The notes beneath the pieces are model-generated. The model had not been told where the DNA came from. It searched no databases and worked only from the letters and a program-made list of their open reading frames with translations. 42,878 nucleotides of DNA from a virus. Of the stretch, positions 24,984 through 32,970 are shown in pieces. The position numbers were made by a program, and so were the translations under genes. Numbering within the stretch: the stretch's first letter is position 1; each line of letters opens with the position of its first letter. The stretch spans positions 1 to 42,878 of IMG/VR virus record IMGVR_UViG_3300045988_083839, one strand, 5' to 3'.

Positions 24984-26491
24984 TTACTCCCCCAACCCTT
25001 CTTCGGTTTATTTCTGACTACAATCGAAACCACTTCTTCGGTCTGCTCATTCTGAATTGCAGCTATTCCATTATAAAACTTTACTGTTCTTCCCCCTTCT
25101 TCCAAATAATTCACGGAAGAATCCAGCACCTTTAATAATTCATCTTCGGTAAAAGCCTTCTTTCCCCTTCCTGTTTTCTGTCCAAGATAGCGGTTTAATG
25201 AATGATCCGTAAATTCATATCCTTTATCCTTAAATCGGTAATATGTGCTCCGCATCTTACTTCTGTATTCTTCTGAGTAAGATTCTTTTTCCATAATTTT
25301 TGAAATGGTTGCAAATTCCCTCTTCTTAGCGTTCCACTTCTCACTATCAGTATACTTCATTGTTTGGAAAGAATCCAGAGTTTCAGGCGCATCCTTACCC
25401 AGTATTTTTCGGTATCTTTGGAACTGCTCATTATCTGCCTTTTTATTTCGCTGCTTCCGCTCTGCCAGGCGCTTATCTGGATTCTTCTCAACATACTGCT
25501 CGTGCCACTGCTTGTAGGTCATATCTGCCGGGACTTCATAGGTTTTCCCTGTTTCTGGGTCTCTGGCCACTCTGGCCATTCCATTGGTCGGCGTATCGGC
25601 ATAATGTGGGACATCTGTACAGCGACAAAGCGGGTGGAACGGCGGCATATTGACACCTGTGATTTCCTTCCCAACCTCGTACACATTGCCGTCCAGTTCT
25701 CCGCAAATCTCACAAGTCTTACTGTCGAGAGTTGCTAAAATCTCGTACTTTTCCACCCCATCCTCTTTGTATCCTGCGTGAGTAGCCTCGCTTATCAGGA
25801 AGGATGACTCTGTATGCAGCAGCCGGTATGCATCAAACTTTTTCGACTGCATCTTTTTGGCAAACTCTCTTGTCAGGGTGGACGGGTGTTTGCCCTGAAT
25901 TAGCATTGTGGTCACTGCCTCTGTCAGCTGCGTTTGCAGATGGTCTTTCTGTTTCCAAATCCTGGAAGAGAATGCCGCACCATTAAACGGATATTCCAGC
26001 AACTTTTCCACTGTTCGAGGTTCCACCTGCGCAAAAGCCTGATGAAATCCGTGATACTGGTCGATACTGTACCATGTCCGGTAATAAGTATCCTCGTAGA
26101 CCTCCTGCATGGTTCTTTCTGATTCTGCCTGATAATCAATCGCGTAGAGCTGTCTGAGAATCGCATCCACCTGCATCTCCAGAGCCTGATAACGGGTCAC
26201 TCTGGCCTTTAAGGACATATTATTAACCTGTTGGTTATATTTTCCAATGTTATCCATAGCAAGCGCAATAAAATCATTAAGCTCTCCCAGCTCCTCTGCA
26301 TTAAGCCGCTTCTGAGCTGCTGCGAAGGATAAGCCGTTTTCCTCTGCATACCTAAAATAGAAAGCCTCTATCGTCTTTTGCAACTCCCTCTTTGTCTGGT
26401 TAAATACTTTTTCCAACCGCTTAAAGTATTGATTAACCTGCATCTCTCCGGCCTTGTACATAGCCTCCTGCCGCTTCTGCCAGTAATCCAC
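24980..26491 (-). CDS. MuF / SPP1 gp7-like minor head protein with a ~200-aa C-terminal toxin-like extension
   Basis: The MuF core includes CEICGELDGNVYEV...PPFHPLCRCT. The C-terminus YEFTDHSLNRYLGQK...FTEDELLKVL...GRTVKFYNGIAAIQNEQTEEVVSIV resembles DUF4258/RelE-like (BECR) toxin modules. GTG start overlaps the portal stop. Confidence 0.7.
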   Translation of the reverse strand: MDYWQKRQEAMYKAGEMQVNQYFKRLEKVFNQTKRELQKTIEAFYFRYAEENGLSFAAAQKRLNAEELGELNDFIALAMDNIGKYNQQVNNMSLKARVTRYQALEMQVDAILRQLYAIDYQAESERTMQEVYEDTYYRTWYSIDQYHGFHQAFAQVEPRTVEKLLEYPFNGAAFSSRIWKQKDHLQTQLTEAVTTMLIQGKHPSTLTREFAKKMQSKKFDAYRLLHTESSFLISEATHAGYKEDGVEKYEILATLDSKTCEICGELDGNVYEVGKEITGVNMPPFHPLCRCTDVPHYADTPTNGMARVARDPETGKTYEVPADMTYKQWHEQYVEKNPDKRLAERKQRNKKADNEQFQRYRKILGKDAPETLDSFQTMKYTDSEKWNAKKREFATISKIMEKESYSEEYRSKMRSTYYRFKDKGYEFTDHSLNRYLGQKTGRGKKAFTEDELLKVLDSSVNYLEEGGRTVKFYNGIAAIQNEQTEEVVSIVVRNKPKKGWGSK

Positions 26492-27954
26492 TACTCCTCA
26501 CCGCCCTCTGGGAACATGTCAGATAGCTCAGCCTTCTCTGCCTCGCGCTGGGCATTTAACCGGGTAAGTTCCTCTGTTGCATCCTCTGTCCACGGATGAT
26601 TTTTCACAATCGTCTCATCTGAGATGATGCCCTTGGATGCTGCACAGTCAGTAATTGCCTGGCTCTCGTTAATAGCGATATCTCGGTTAAACGTCACATC
26701 AATTTTGCAATCTGGATAACTTCCGGCTCCTGTCAGCTCCAAATATCTGCGCACAAACCAAAACAACTCCCCCATGCCCGACTTAAAAGCATTTTCCAGA
26801 CGATTGCACTTAAGATCCAGTCCGGAATAAATAAATTTAAGGGCGATACCAGACGGACTATTGCCCAGCCTGTCACTGTTTTTATCGACCCCCTGCCCGA
26901 AATCGTAGATATCTTTTTTCAGCGCCTCAAAGTCCTCCTTGGCTGCCGTGATGTCAATGGGTGTGCTTAGCGCTTCTGCACCGCCATCCTCATCCAGGGA
27001 GATAGCCCGGAAGTAGTTTAAATCCCGCATAAACTCACCCAGGTCATTACCTCCGTACCCCTTCAATGCGTAAACAATGGAGCTGAGTTCATCAAGCATG
27101 TTTGCCACATCTGAGCGGCCCTTATCATATCCATCAATCAGGGTTTTGATGAATTTAAGGTCCGGCAGCTCATAGTCGTTGTTTTTAAACGGCACAAATG
27201 GTACCTTCCCCCAGCTCTCCGGAAGACCACCTACCAGAAAATGCTCCTGGAACTCGCCGTCCTCTGTGACCGCATCCAGATACCTCTCTGCATCCAGACG
27301 CAAATCCCATCCTTCTCCCTCAGAATCAGAAACATAATAGGCTACACCATCCGCGGTCCAATACTCTACTTTGGTAACAGTCTTTTGCTCCTGCCCCTCA
27401 ATGACATCCAAATTGTAAAACCAGATGAATCCGCTCATTTCCTCGTGATCATTATCTGTCCAAAGTGGAATTGCCTCCTCCGGCCTGACAATCATTGTCT
27501 TAAACTGCCCTGCCTCATTGATGTATGGATGCAGCCAGGAAATGCCTCCGTTACTGGCCGACACACCAAGGCGCATCAGGCGATTACTCTGGAAGGATTC
27601 CCCAAGGGTTGTCTGCACCTGCTCTAAAAACTCTTCGGATTCCTCGCAAGTGAGCGTATATGGCTTGGATAACAGGTAATTCACCTTATCTTCCACCAGA
27701 ATATACATAAATCCGTGCGCTCTCTTGTTGTTGGGCTTTGCGTTATCAATTATCTTTTCGATTTCTCCGGTTGCCTCATTTTCCCGGTACCTATACTTCT
27801 TCCGGTTCATGATTTCCGGGTTGTCCACACGATAATATGCATCGCCGTCCATCATCCATTTACGCTCTGCCGATTTTACAAATTCATCCATGTACAGTCG
27901 GCACAGCTGCATATTTGTCATCCGGTTTTTATCCGGGTTAAATAATATATCCAT
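26491..27954 (-). CDS. Portal protein (SPP1 gp6-like)
   Basis: 487 aa between terL and MuF. GAGGTG RBS. Confidence 0.85.
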   Translation of the reverse strand: MDILFNPDKNRMTNMQLCRLYMDEFVKSAERKWMMDGDAYYRVDNPEIMNRKKYRYRENEATGEIEKIIDNAKPNNKRAHGFMYILVEDKVNYLLSKPYTLTCEESEEFLEQVQTTLGESFQSNRLMRLGVSASNGGISWLHPYINEAGQFKTMIVRPEEAIPLWTDNDHEEMSGFIWFYNLDVIEGQEQKTVTKVEYWTADGVAYYVSDSEGEGWDLRLDAERYLDAVTEDGEFQEHFLVGGLPESWGKVPFVPFKNNDYELPDLKFIKTLIDGYDKGRSDVANMLDELSSIVYALKGYGGNDLGEFMRDLNYFRAISLDEDGGAEALSTPIDITAAKEDFEALKKDIYDFGQGVDKNSDRLGNSPSGIALKFIYSGLDLKCNRLENAFKSGMGELFWFVRRYLELTGAGSYPDCKIDVTFNRDIAINESQAITDCAASKGIISDETIVKNHPWTEDATEELTRLNAQREAEKAELSDMFPEGGEE

Positions 27955-27964
27955 CTATTGCACC

Positions 27965-29428
27965 TCATTTTAAAATCCGGATGCCCGGTTTCATTCTGAT
28001 AATCGTCATGCATAGGTAGCGTAATCCATCGAGACAATGGTCATGCTCTTTCACCGGCTTATCCTCGCCCTTTTCCGCTGCTTTTGCATCCCAAATATAG
28101 GACGCGAACTCTTTTATCAGGTTATCGCAGTTTTTATCAATCAAAATAGCACCCTGGTTCAGTAGTGTAGCCACAAACCGGATGCCATCTAAAACATCAT
28201 TTTTTGCTTTTTTGACCTTAAAGCCGTCTTTTTCCAACTGAGCTTTAAAGGATGCAGCCGCAGGATCCAGTACCACAAAACGGATACTCTCGCCATGCAG
28301 CCAGTCTTTTAAATCCCTGGAAAATTCTGCATCTGTCTTTTGCCTGCCTTTATCTCTGCCGGAGTAATAATACTCCCGCCGGCAGTACCATTTCTTGTCC
28401 GTGCCTTGCTGCCACAAAAGGAAGGCGGTCGGGTTCTGAGTGCCGTAGTCGCAGCTGACATACTTATCACCAATCCAGAAATCATGCCCTGTCCTAGCTT
28501 TGTATGCAGCCGCCAGAGCCTCAGTATCCACGGTATGCTTGTCGGGGTCAAACATATCATAGATAACACCCTCAGCCATCGCCCAGAGCCCCATGATATA
28601 ACGCTTGAAAAAGACACCGGTATACATGCTCCGATACCTGTCCTTAATCTCTTCTGACAGGCTCAGATTATCGTCCATGGTAAAATGGACATACAGTAAT
28701 TTTTTGAGGTCTGGTTCCTTTCCTGCGGCCTCTGCTTCAGCTTTTATCCTGGCAACCTTTTTCTTGCCCAGGTAGCCAATGGCCTTGTCAATCCAGTTTA
28801 CCTTGAACCAGTGATAGGGCCCATCCGGGTTACAGTTAAACCAGTATTTTGACCCAGTCACAGAACAACGGCCTGTTGCCTGATTGACAAAGCTCTCTGG
28901 CATCAGCGCTACCTCATCACAGAACAGGCCCGCCAGAGTAATACCCTGTATCAGGTCCTGGCTGCGCTCGTCCTTGCCGCCAAAAATGTAAAAATAGTTG
29001 GTGACTGCTCCGCGGCTTATTTCCACCAGATTATCTGCCCGGTGGTCTACAACCTGATACCCGCGACTTTTTAACATCAGTTTCAGCCAAAACAGCACAT
29101 TGCGGCGAAATGAGCCGATGGTCTTACCGCACATGGCGAAGTTTTGGCCGTTAAAGGCACTCATGGCCCACATCACAAACGACAGCGACATGCATACCGT
29201 TTTTCCGGAACGAATCGCCCCATCTGCTATGATGCCGTCATAATCCTTCACAGGACTGTTTGGAGTCCACCAGGTAAGAATTTGCTTCTGCCGGCGCGAG
29301 AACGGTTGAAACTGAAAGACCTGCACCTTTTTCAGGATGCCACGCTTCCCTTTTAGGCTTTCTACTTTGCTTTTTATCTGCTCAATCTTGTCTCGAATCA
29401 TCTGCATCACTCCACAGCTCTCCAGCAT
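27965..29428 (-). CDS. terL: Terminase large subunit
   Basis: Walker A-like GAIRSGKT and Walker B-like LFCDE are present, with a C-terminal nuclease region. The start is ambiguous (ATG 29428, 29407 or 29401; 29401 has the best GGAG spacing). Confidence 0.88.
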   Translation of the reverse strand: MLESCGVMQMIRDKIEQIKSKVESLKGKRGILKKVQVFQFQPFSRRQKQILTWWTPNSPVKDYDGIIADGAIRSGKTVCMSLSFVMWAMSAFNGQNFAMCGKTIGSFRRNVLFWLKLMLKSRGYQVVDHRADNLVEISRGAVTNYFYIFGGKDERSQDLIQGITLAGLFCDEVALMPESFVNQATGRCSVTGSKYWFNCNPDGPYHWFKVNWIDKAIGYLGKKKVARIKAEAEAAGKEPDLKKLLYVHFTMDDNLSLSEEIKDRYRSMYTGVFFKRYIMGLWAMAEGVIYDMFDPDKHTVDTEALAAAYKARTGHDFWIGDKYVSCDYGTQNPTAFLLWQQGTDKKWYCRREYYYSGRDKGRQKTDAEFSRDLKDWLHGESIRFVVLDPAAASFKAQLEKDGFKVKKAKNDVLDGIRFVATLLNQGAILIDKNCDNLIKEFASYIWDAKAAEKGEDKPVKEHDHCLDGLRYLCMTIIRMKPGIRILK

Positions 29429-30155
29429 CAGCGTTTAGTGCTTCCAGGAATCCGTCATCCTCTATCTCAGCCTCCTGGCCGCCCAGCTTAAGGGCCTGCA
29501 AATCAAGCCGCATTAGTTCGATTTCTAGGCGAGCATCATCCACGCCATACCGGTGCAACGAATCAATGGCAGCCTGCTTTCGGGCCTGTACACGGGTCAG
29601 CGCGTCCTCTATGTTCTGGATCTGCCCCAGCGTTGCACGGTTCTCACTTAAATCCGTTATTTCGCCTTTTTCAATTCCGATTTTTTCAATTCCGATTTTT
29701 TTTGAAACTGTTGTAAAATCAGCCTGCCGCAGATTCTCGATACGTTTTAACATCCGGCGTTCCCGGACAGTCAAGAGCTGTATCTCCTGGAGAAGAAGCT
29801 GCTCTTTGTCCAGCGAAACTGCCTCGGCCAGCCGGCGCTCATCGGAATCCAGGCAATCAAAAAAGAGAGTTTCAAACTCTCCTGTCGTTACTGCATTTTT
29901 ATTCTGTTCAGGCGCCCCATAACCGGCTGCATTCTGATTTCCTGGCTGACCGCCTTTTTTACGTTTGGAACGTTCCGTATTCTTTCGGAGCGTTCCATTC
30001 AATTTCTGGTCCCATTTATCCTTAGATTTCCATCCTCGAATCGTTCCCGATGATAAATTTAGTTGACTTGCAATCTCAACTAAATCAATGCTTCCACCGG
30101 CTTTCTTAAATATTTCAAAGGCTTTGTCCCGATTAGGATCCCTGGCTCTTCCCAC
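29382..30155 (-). CDS. terS: Terminase small subunit
   Basis: N-terminal HTH (IASQLNLSSGTIRGWKSKDKW) and the GGQPGNQNA motif. GTG start with a GAGGTGG RBS. Confidence 0.8.
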   Translation of the reverse strand: MGRARDPNRDKAFEIFKKAGGSIDLVEIASQLNLSSGTIRGWKSKDKWDQKLNGTLRKNTERSKRKKGGQPGNQNAAGYGAPEQNKNAVTTGEFETLFFDCLDSDERRLAEAVSLDKEQLLLQEIQLLTVRERRMLKRIENLRQADFTTVSKKIGIEKIGIEKGEITDLSENRATLGQIQNIEDALTRVQARKQAAIDSLHRYGVDDARLEIELMRLDLQALKLGGQEAEIEDDGFLEALNADAGELWSDADDSRQD

Positions 30156-30197
30156 TCACCACCACCTCTCATTCGTTTGTTTTTTGGGGTATAGAAA

Positions 30198-30219
30198 AGA
30201 GCCGCACGGTGGCGGCTCT
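30198..30219 (-). terminator. Intrinsic terminator closing the two-gene AT-rich cassette
   Basis: Minus strand reads AGAGCCGC-CACCGT-GCGGCTCT followed by TTTCT. Confidence 0.75.
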
Positions 30220-30246
30220 GGTCGTTGCATCAACTGTTATTTTTTA

Positions 30247-30876
30247 TCAAAAATCCTCTTCATCCAACATCTCCAGAAGTCTTGTAACAGCATAAATATT
30301 AAACAGTTGAAAAATTGTAGAAATAAAACTAAATGTCCTCCATAATATTATTCCAATAAAAACAAAATAAATTACAATTAAAGCTATTGCACTTATGTTA
30401 TTTACTATCAAATTTGAAAATAGTAAGAAATTATCTGGGATGCAAAACATAATTACTTTTATAATTAGTGTGAATGTTATTGCTGTAATATACAATAGCA
30501 TTAAATATACAAAATGCTCATTAATGTCTTGTAATCTACTTTTTTCTCCTCCTTCATAAGTCTTCACATCATTTAGAAGTTGAAGTAACATATGTTTATT
30601 CATAAAAGCCTGCAACAATGCATATCCCGTAAAAATCACGCCCAAAAGCGCTAGCATTACATTTAATGCATCATCTATAACTTGTCGAAAAACTATCACT
30701 GTGTCTGTATGTATTCCAACTATACTTCCCAAAACGCAGCAAACTATTATCAATATCCATCGTGATTTTTTATACTTTTTTTCGACTCTAAGACCCTTAA
30801 TTGCTTTTAAAAGTAATTGCTCAGAGGGTTCAGACTTAAGCAACTGCTCAATATTATCAATATTTAAATTATTCAT
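30247..30876 (-). CDS. Multi-pass membrane protein (209 aa, 4-5 predicted TM helices), unknown; cassette gene B
   Basis: Hydrophobic segments are WILIIVCCVLGSIVGI, VMLALLGVIFTGYALLQAF, FVYLMLLYITAITFTLIIKVIMFCI and AIALIVIYFVFIGIILW. Acidic tail is EMLDEEDF. GGAGGGGGAAG RBS. Very AT-rich. Confidence 0.75.
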   Translation of the reverse strand: MNNLNIDNIEQLLKSEPSEQLLLKAIKGLRVEKKYKKSRWILIIVCCVLGSIVGIHTDTVIVFRQVIDDALNVMLALLGVIFTGYALLQAFMNKHMLLQLLNDVKTYEGGEKSRLQDINEHFVYLMLLYITAITFTLIIKVIMFCIPDNFLLFSNLIVNNISAIALIVIYFVFIGIILWRTFSFISTIFQLFNIYAVTRLLEMLDEEDF

Positions 30877-30898
30877 AATTCTTCCCCCTCCAAATGTT

Positions 30899-31882
30899 TT
30901 ATTTCCCTTTGCGAATAAACTGAACTATCTTGTCTTGATTCTTTTGATATATCCTATTGTTTTCCTCACTAGTATATTTTATACTATCTATTTCTTTTCC
31001 CTGTTTAATCATACTGTATAATTCCGTTTTTCTTTCCCCTTCTGGAATGGTCATTTTTCTCCTATCTGATATTTCATGATACTTTATAGTAGACTCCCCT
31101 TTTCTTCCTGGATATTTGGCCACCACAACAGGTTCCACCGTTCCTTCTGCAGCCTCGACCACTTCTATAACGCCATTTATATTCTTTGGAGATCGATATG
31201 TTACTGACCCTCGGTCACTACCAATTCTTCTACGCAATTCCTTAGTAACGCCATCCATTATACCAGATAATTCTATATCCCCATCACCATTTAATGGGTA
31301 AAACTTCAATGTCAGCGTTGAAATTTTTTCAACTTGCTTCAATACTTCTATCATACCACCCTTGGGAGGTATTCCTACAATGCTAACAAGAGGAACTGGA
31401 AGCAACTCTCTATCTTGCTCCATCCTTATATGATTTTCCCTTACAATAAATGTATCCAAAACATATTTAGCTGTCGAGCGAAAACTATCTAAAGATGGGC
31501 TTCCTTTCTGATTCTCAACCAATATCATCCTGTGATTTTTTAAATAAATAACAAATGTGGAAAATGGAGCAGTTGGATAAATATCATTTCTTTCAACAAG
31601 ATTTCCATATTCATCAAACATAGATTTGACTTCAAGGACTGTACTTTTAACAATCAATCCCGTCAAAATATATTCCATATCTGAATCCTGCTGAACTTCA
31701 ACATCTAAAAATAAATATGTGTTATCTCCTTGGCTTCTTGTAATACCACTTTTAAAAGCCGGCATTACAATAGTGTCAAAATAATCCAGCAATGGACTTT
31801 CCGTTTCATTTTCCATGAAAACCACATTAAAATTGGCCACGGATACCTTTTTCTCATTAATAGCAGTTCTATTTTTATCCAT
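30899..31882 (-). CDS. Soluble 327-aa protein of unknown function; cassette gene A
   Basis: ATG 31882 is preceded by GGAGAG. The longer ORF start at 31924 overlaps the -10 box. I could not recognise any P-loop, cyclase, TIR or nuclease motif. Confidence 0.75.
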   Translation of the reverse strand: MDKNRTAINEKKVSVANFNVVFMENETESPLLDYFDTIVMPAFKSGITRSQGDNTYLFLDVEVQQDSDMEYILTGLIVKSTVLEVKSMFDEYGNLVERNDIYPTAPFSTFVIYLKNHRMILVENQKGSPSLDSFRSTAKYVLDTFIVRENHIRMEQDRELLPVPLVSIVGIPPKGGMIEVLKQVEKISTLTLKFYPLNGDGDIELSGIMDGVTKELRRRIGSDRGSVTYRSPKNINGVIEVVEAAEGTVEPVVVAKYPGRKGESTIKYHEISDRRKMTIPEGERKTELYSMIKQGKEIDSIKYTSEENNRIYQKNQDKIVQFIRKGK

Positions 31883-31912
31883 ATCGCACTCTCCAATCCG
31901 ACATTTTTCTAC

Positions 31913-31921
31913 ATTATACCA
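31913..31921 (-). promoter_or_regulatory. Extended -10 promoter (TGGTATAAT) of the two-gene cassette
   Basis: Minus strand reads CATGTGGTATAATGTAG, about 30 nt upstream of ATG 31882. Confidence 0.6.
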
Positions 31922-32083
31922 CATGCCGTACTGGAAAATCTTTCCAAATATGTTCTTATGTATTTGTATATTATGTTGCGTAGCTTACAAACATTCTTTT
32001 CTACATTTGTATTTTAGAACATTTGTTCGATTTTTGTAAAATACCAATAAGTTATGACTATCTATTTTTCCATAACAAAAAGA

Positions 32084-32101
32084 CACCCTCTCACGAGGAT
32101 G
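32084..32101 (-). terminator. Intrinsic terminator of the structured RNA
   Basis: Minus strand reads CATCCTC-GTGA-GAGGGTG (GNRA loop) followed by TCTTTTTGTT. Confidence 0.7.
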
Positions 32102-32245
32102 CCTCTCTGTCGTGTCTGGAATGTCTGGGTGGAGATCCCGAAACCAGAACTATGATGGTCTTTAGGTTTCCCATGGCACCGTCAAACCAAAGCCCCCACC
32201 AGGCTGTAACACCTGGCAGGAGTATATTGAAAAGGAGGATCACAA

Positions 32246-32314
32246 TCGACACATCCGGAATCGAACCGGAGACCAGGGTGAAAGCCCGCCACCTACCACT
32301 GGTGGTATATGCCG
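32246..32314 (-). ncRNA. Embedded non-canonical tRNA-like cloverleaf (69 nt, loop CUUUCAC)
   Basis: Acceptor CGGCATA/TGTGTCG has two G-U pairs. D-arm is CACC-AGTGGTA-GGTG. The anticodon-like stem CGGG/CCTG has only 4 bp, with a 7-nt loop CTTTCAC. T-arm is TCCGG-TTCGATT-CCGGA. The variable region is 2-3 nt and no CCA is encoded. Confidence 0.45.
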
Positions 32315-32478
32315 TTGCTGCCCTGGAGGCTAACCAGGGCGATAATCGAAAGACGTATTATGTACTAGCCCAGGTGTGGGCCAATTGACCGCAGGCTGTG
32401 ACACCGGGCGGTCGAAAATCACATTGAGGGGATAATCCAGAAGCCGCTGGCTGGATGCCTTTGGCTTCATGATATAGA

Positions 32479-32970
32479 TTAACATATTTCTTCGGGACAT
32501 TGGGGGACATTTTCCAATTTTTTAAAATATCTTTGAATTCGTTTTTTAACGTTCTCATCCGTATATTTTATTTTTCGATTTGGATATTCATTGTTCATGT
32601 ATTCCGCTGTTTTTACAAATGTCAATCCATCAATAAAATAAAATCTAAACATCGTTCTCAGTTCTGATTTCTGGATACTGTCTATGTATTCCTCTGCTTG
32701 GCAAGTCAGCTCCAAAAGTTCCGCTTCTTTTGCCTCCAACAACGCCCTGTACCGCATTCTCGCGTTTTTCTTGCGGGTATACTCCCGATCCGGAATCCCA
32801 GTAATCTTAATCGGCCCGATTGTCAAATCCTTCCTGCTCCCTGTTACGGTATCTGCTACAATCGGCGGTTTCTCCAGGAACTTGTCCAGCTTCATGATTC
32901 TCTGCCGTAAATCCTTTATCTCTTCTTTCATCTCGCAATACTGTATCAGCACCTCCTTATCCAACGGCAT
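32479..32970 (-). CDS. Late-gene transcriptional activator candidate (sigma-70 region-4-like; DUF1492/RinA/ArpU-type analogue)
   Basis: The N-terminal coiled coil is followed by SELRTMFRFYFIDGLTFVKTAEYM, a sigma r4-type HTH. It sits at the early/late boundary. TGATG coupling to the upstream small ORF. Confidence 0.55.
   Translation of the reverse strand: MPLDKEVLIQYCEMKEEIKDLRQRIMKLDKFLEKPPIVADTVTGSRKDLTIGPIKITGIPDREYTRKKNARMRYRALLEAKEAELLELTCQAEEYIDSIQKSELRTMFRFYFIDGLTFVKTAEYMNNEYPNRKIKYTDENVKKRIQRYFKKLENVPQCPEEIC

Larger units (their letters stand above)
32076..32478 (-). ncRNA. Large (~400 nt) structured non-coding RNA candidate, class unknown
   Basis: GC-rich with no RBS-supported ORF. 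Many local helices: 32451-32456/32435-32440, 32408-32413/32387-32392, 32377-32381/32368-32372, 32334-32340/32320-32326, 32212-32216/32199-32203 and 32184-32188/32165-32169. It has a T-loop motif and its own terminator. Confidence 0.6.

Noticed and set aside
29667-29697. 15-bp tandem duplication inside terS as a regulatory or pac element
   Set aside because: It is an in-frame duplication (KIGIE KIGIE), most simply a slippage polymorphism. I have no independent evidence that it is the pac site.
30247-31882. Naming the two-gene cassette as Kiwa (KwaA/KwaB)
   Set aside because: The architecture is only superficially similar (multi-TM protein plus ~320-aa soluble protein). The gene order is reversed and I cannot demonstrate sequence homology without an HMM search, so it stays unassigned.
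32246-32314. Calling the cloverleaf a genuine tRNA-Glu(UUC) gene
   Set aside because: The anticodon stem has only 4 bp and the variable region 2-3 nt. There is a 3-nt acceptor/D linker, the total is 69 nt, and it is embedded in a longer RNA without clean flanks. I keep it as tRNA-like only.
32023-32558. ORFs 32023..32388 (+, 121 aa) and 32358..32558 (-, 66 aa) across the GC-rich region
   Set aside because: Neither has a Shine-Dalgarno sequence, and both translate to implausible proteins. They run through dense helices, a T-loop and a terminator, so the region is better explained as structured RNA.
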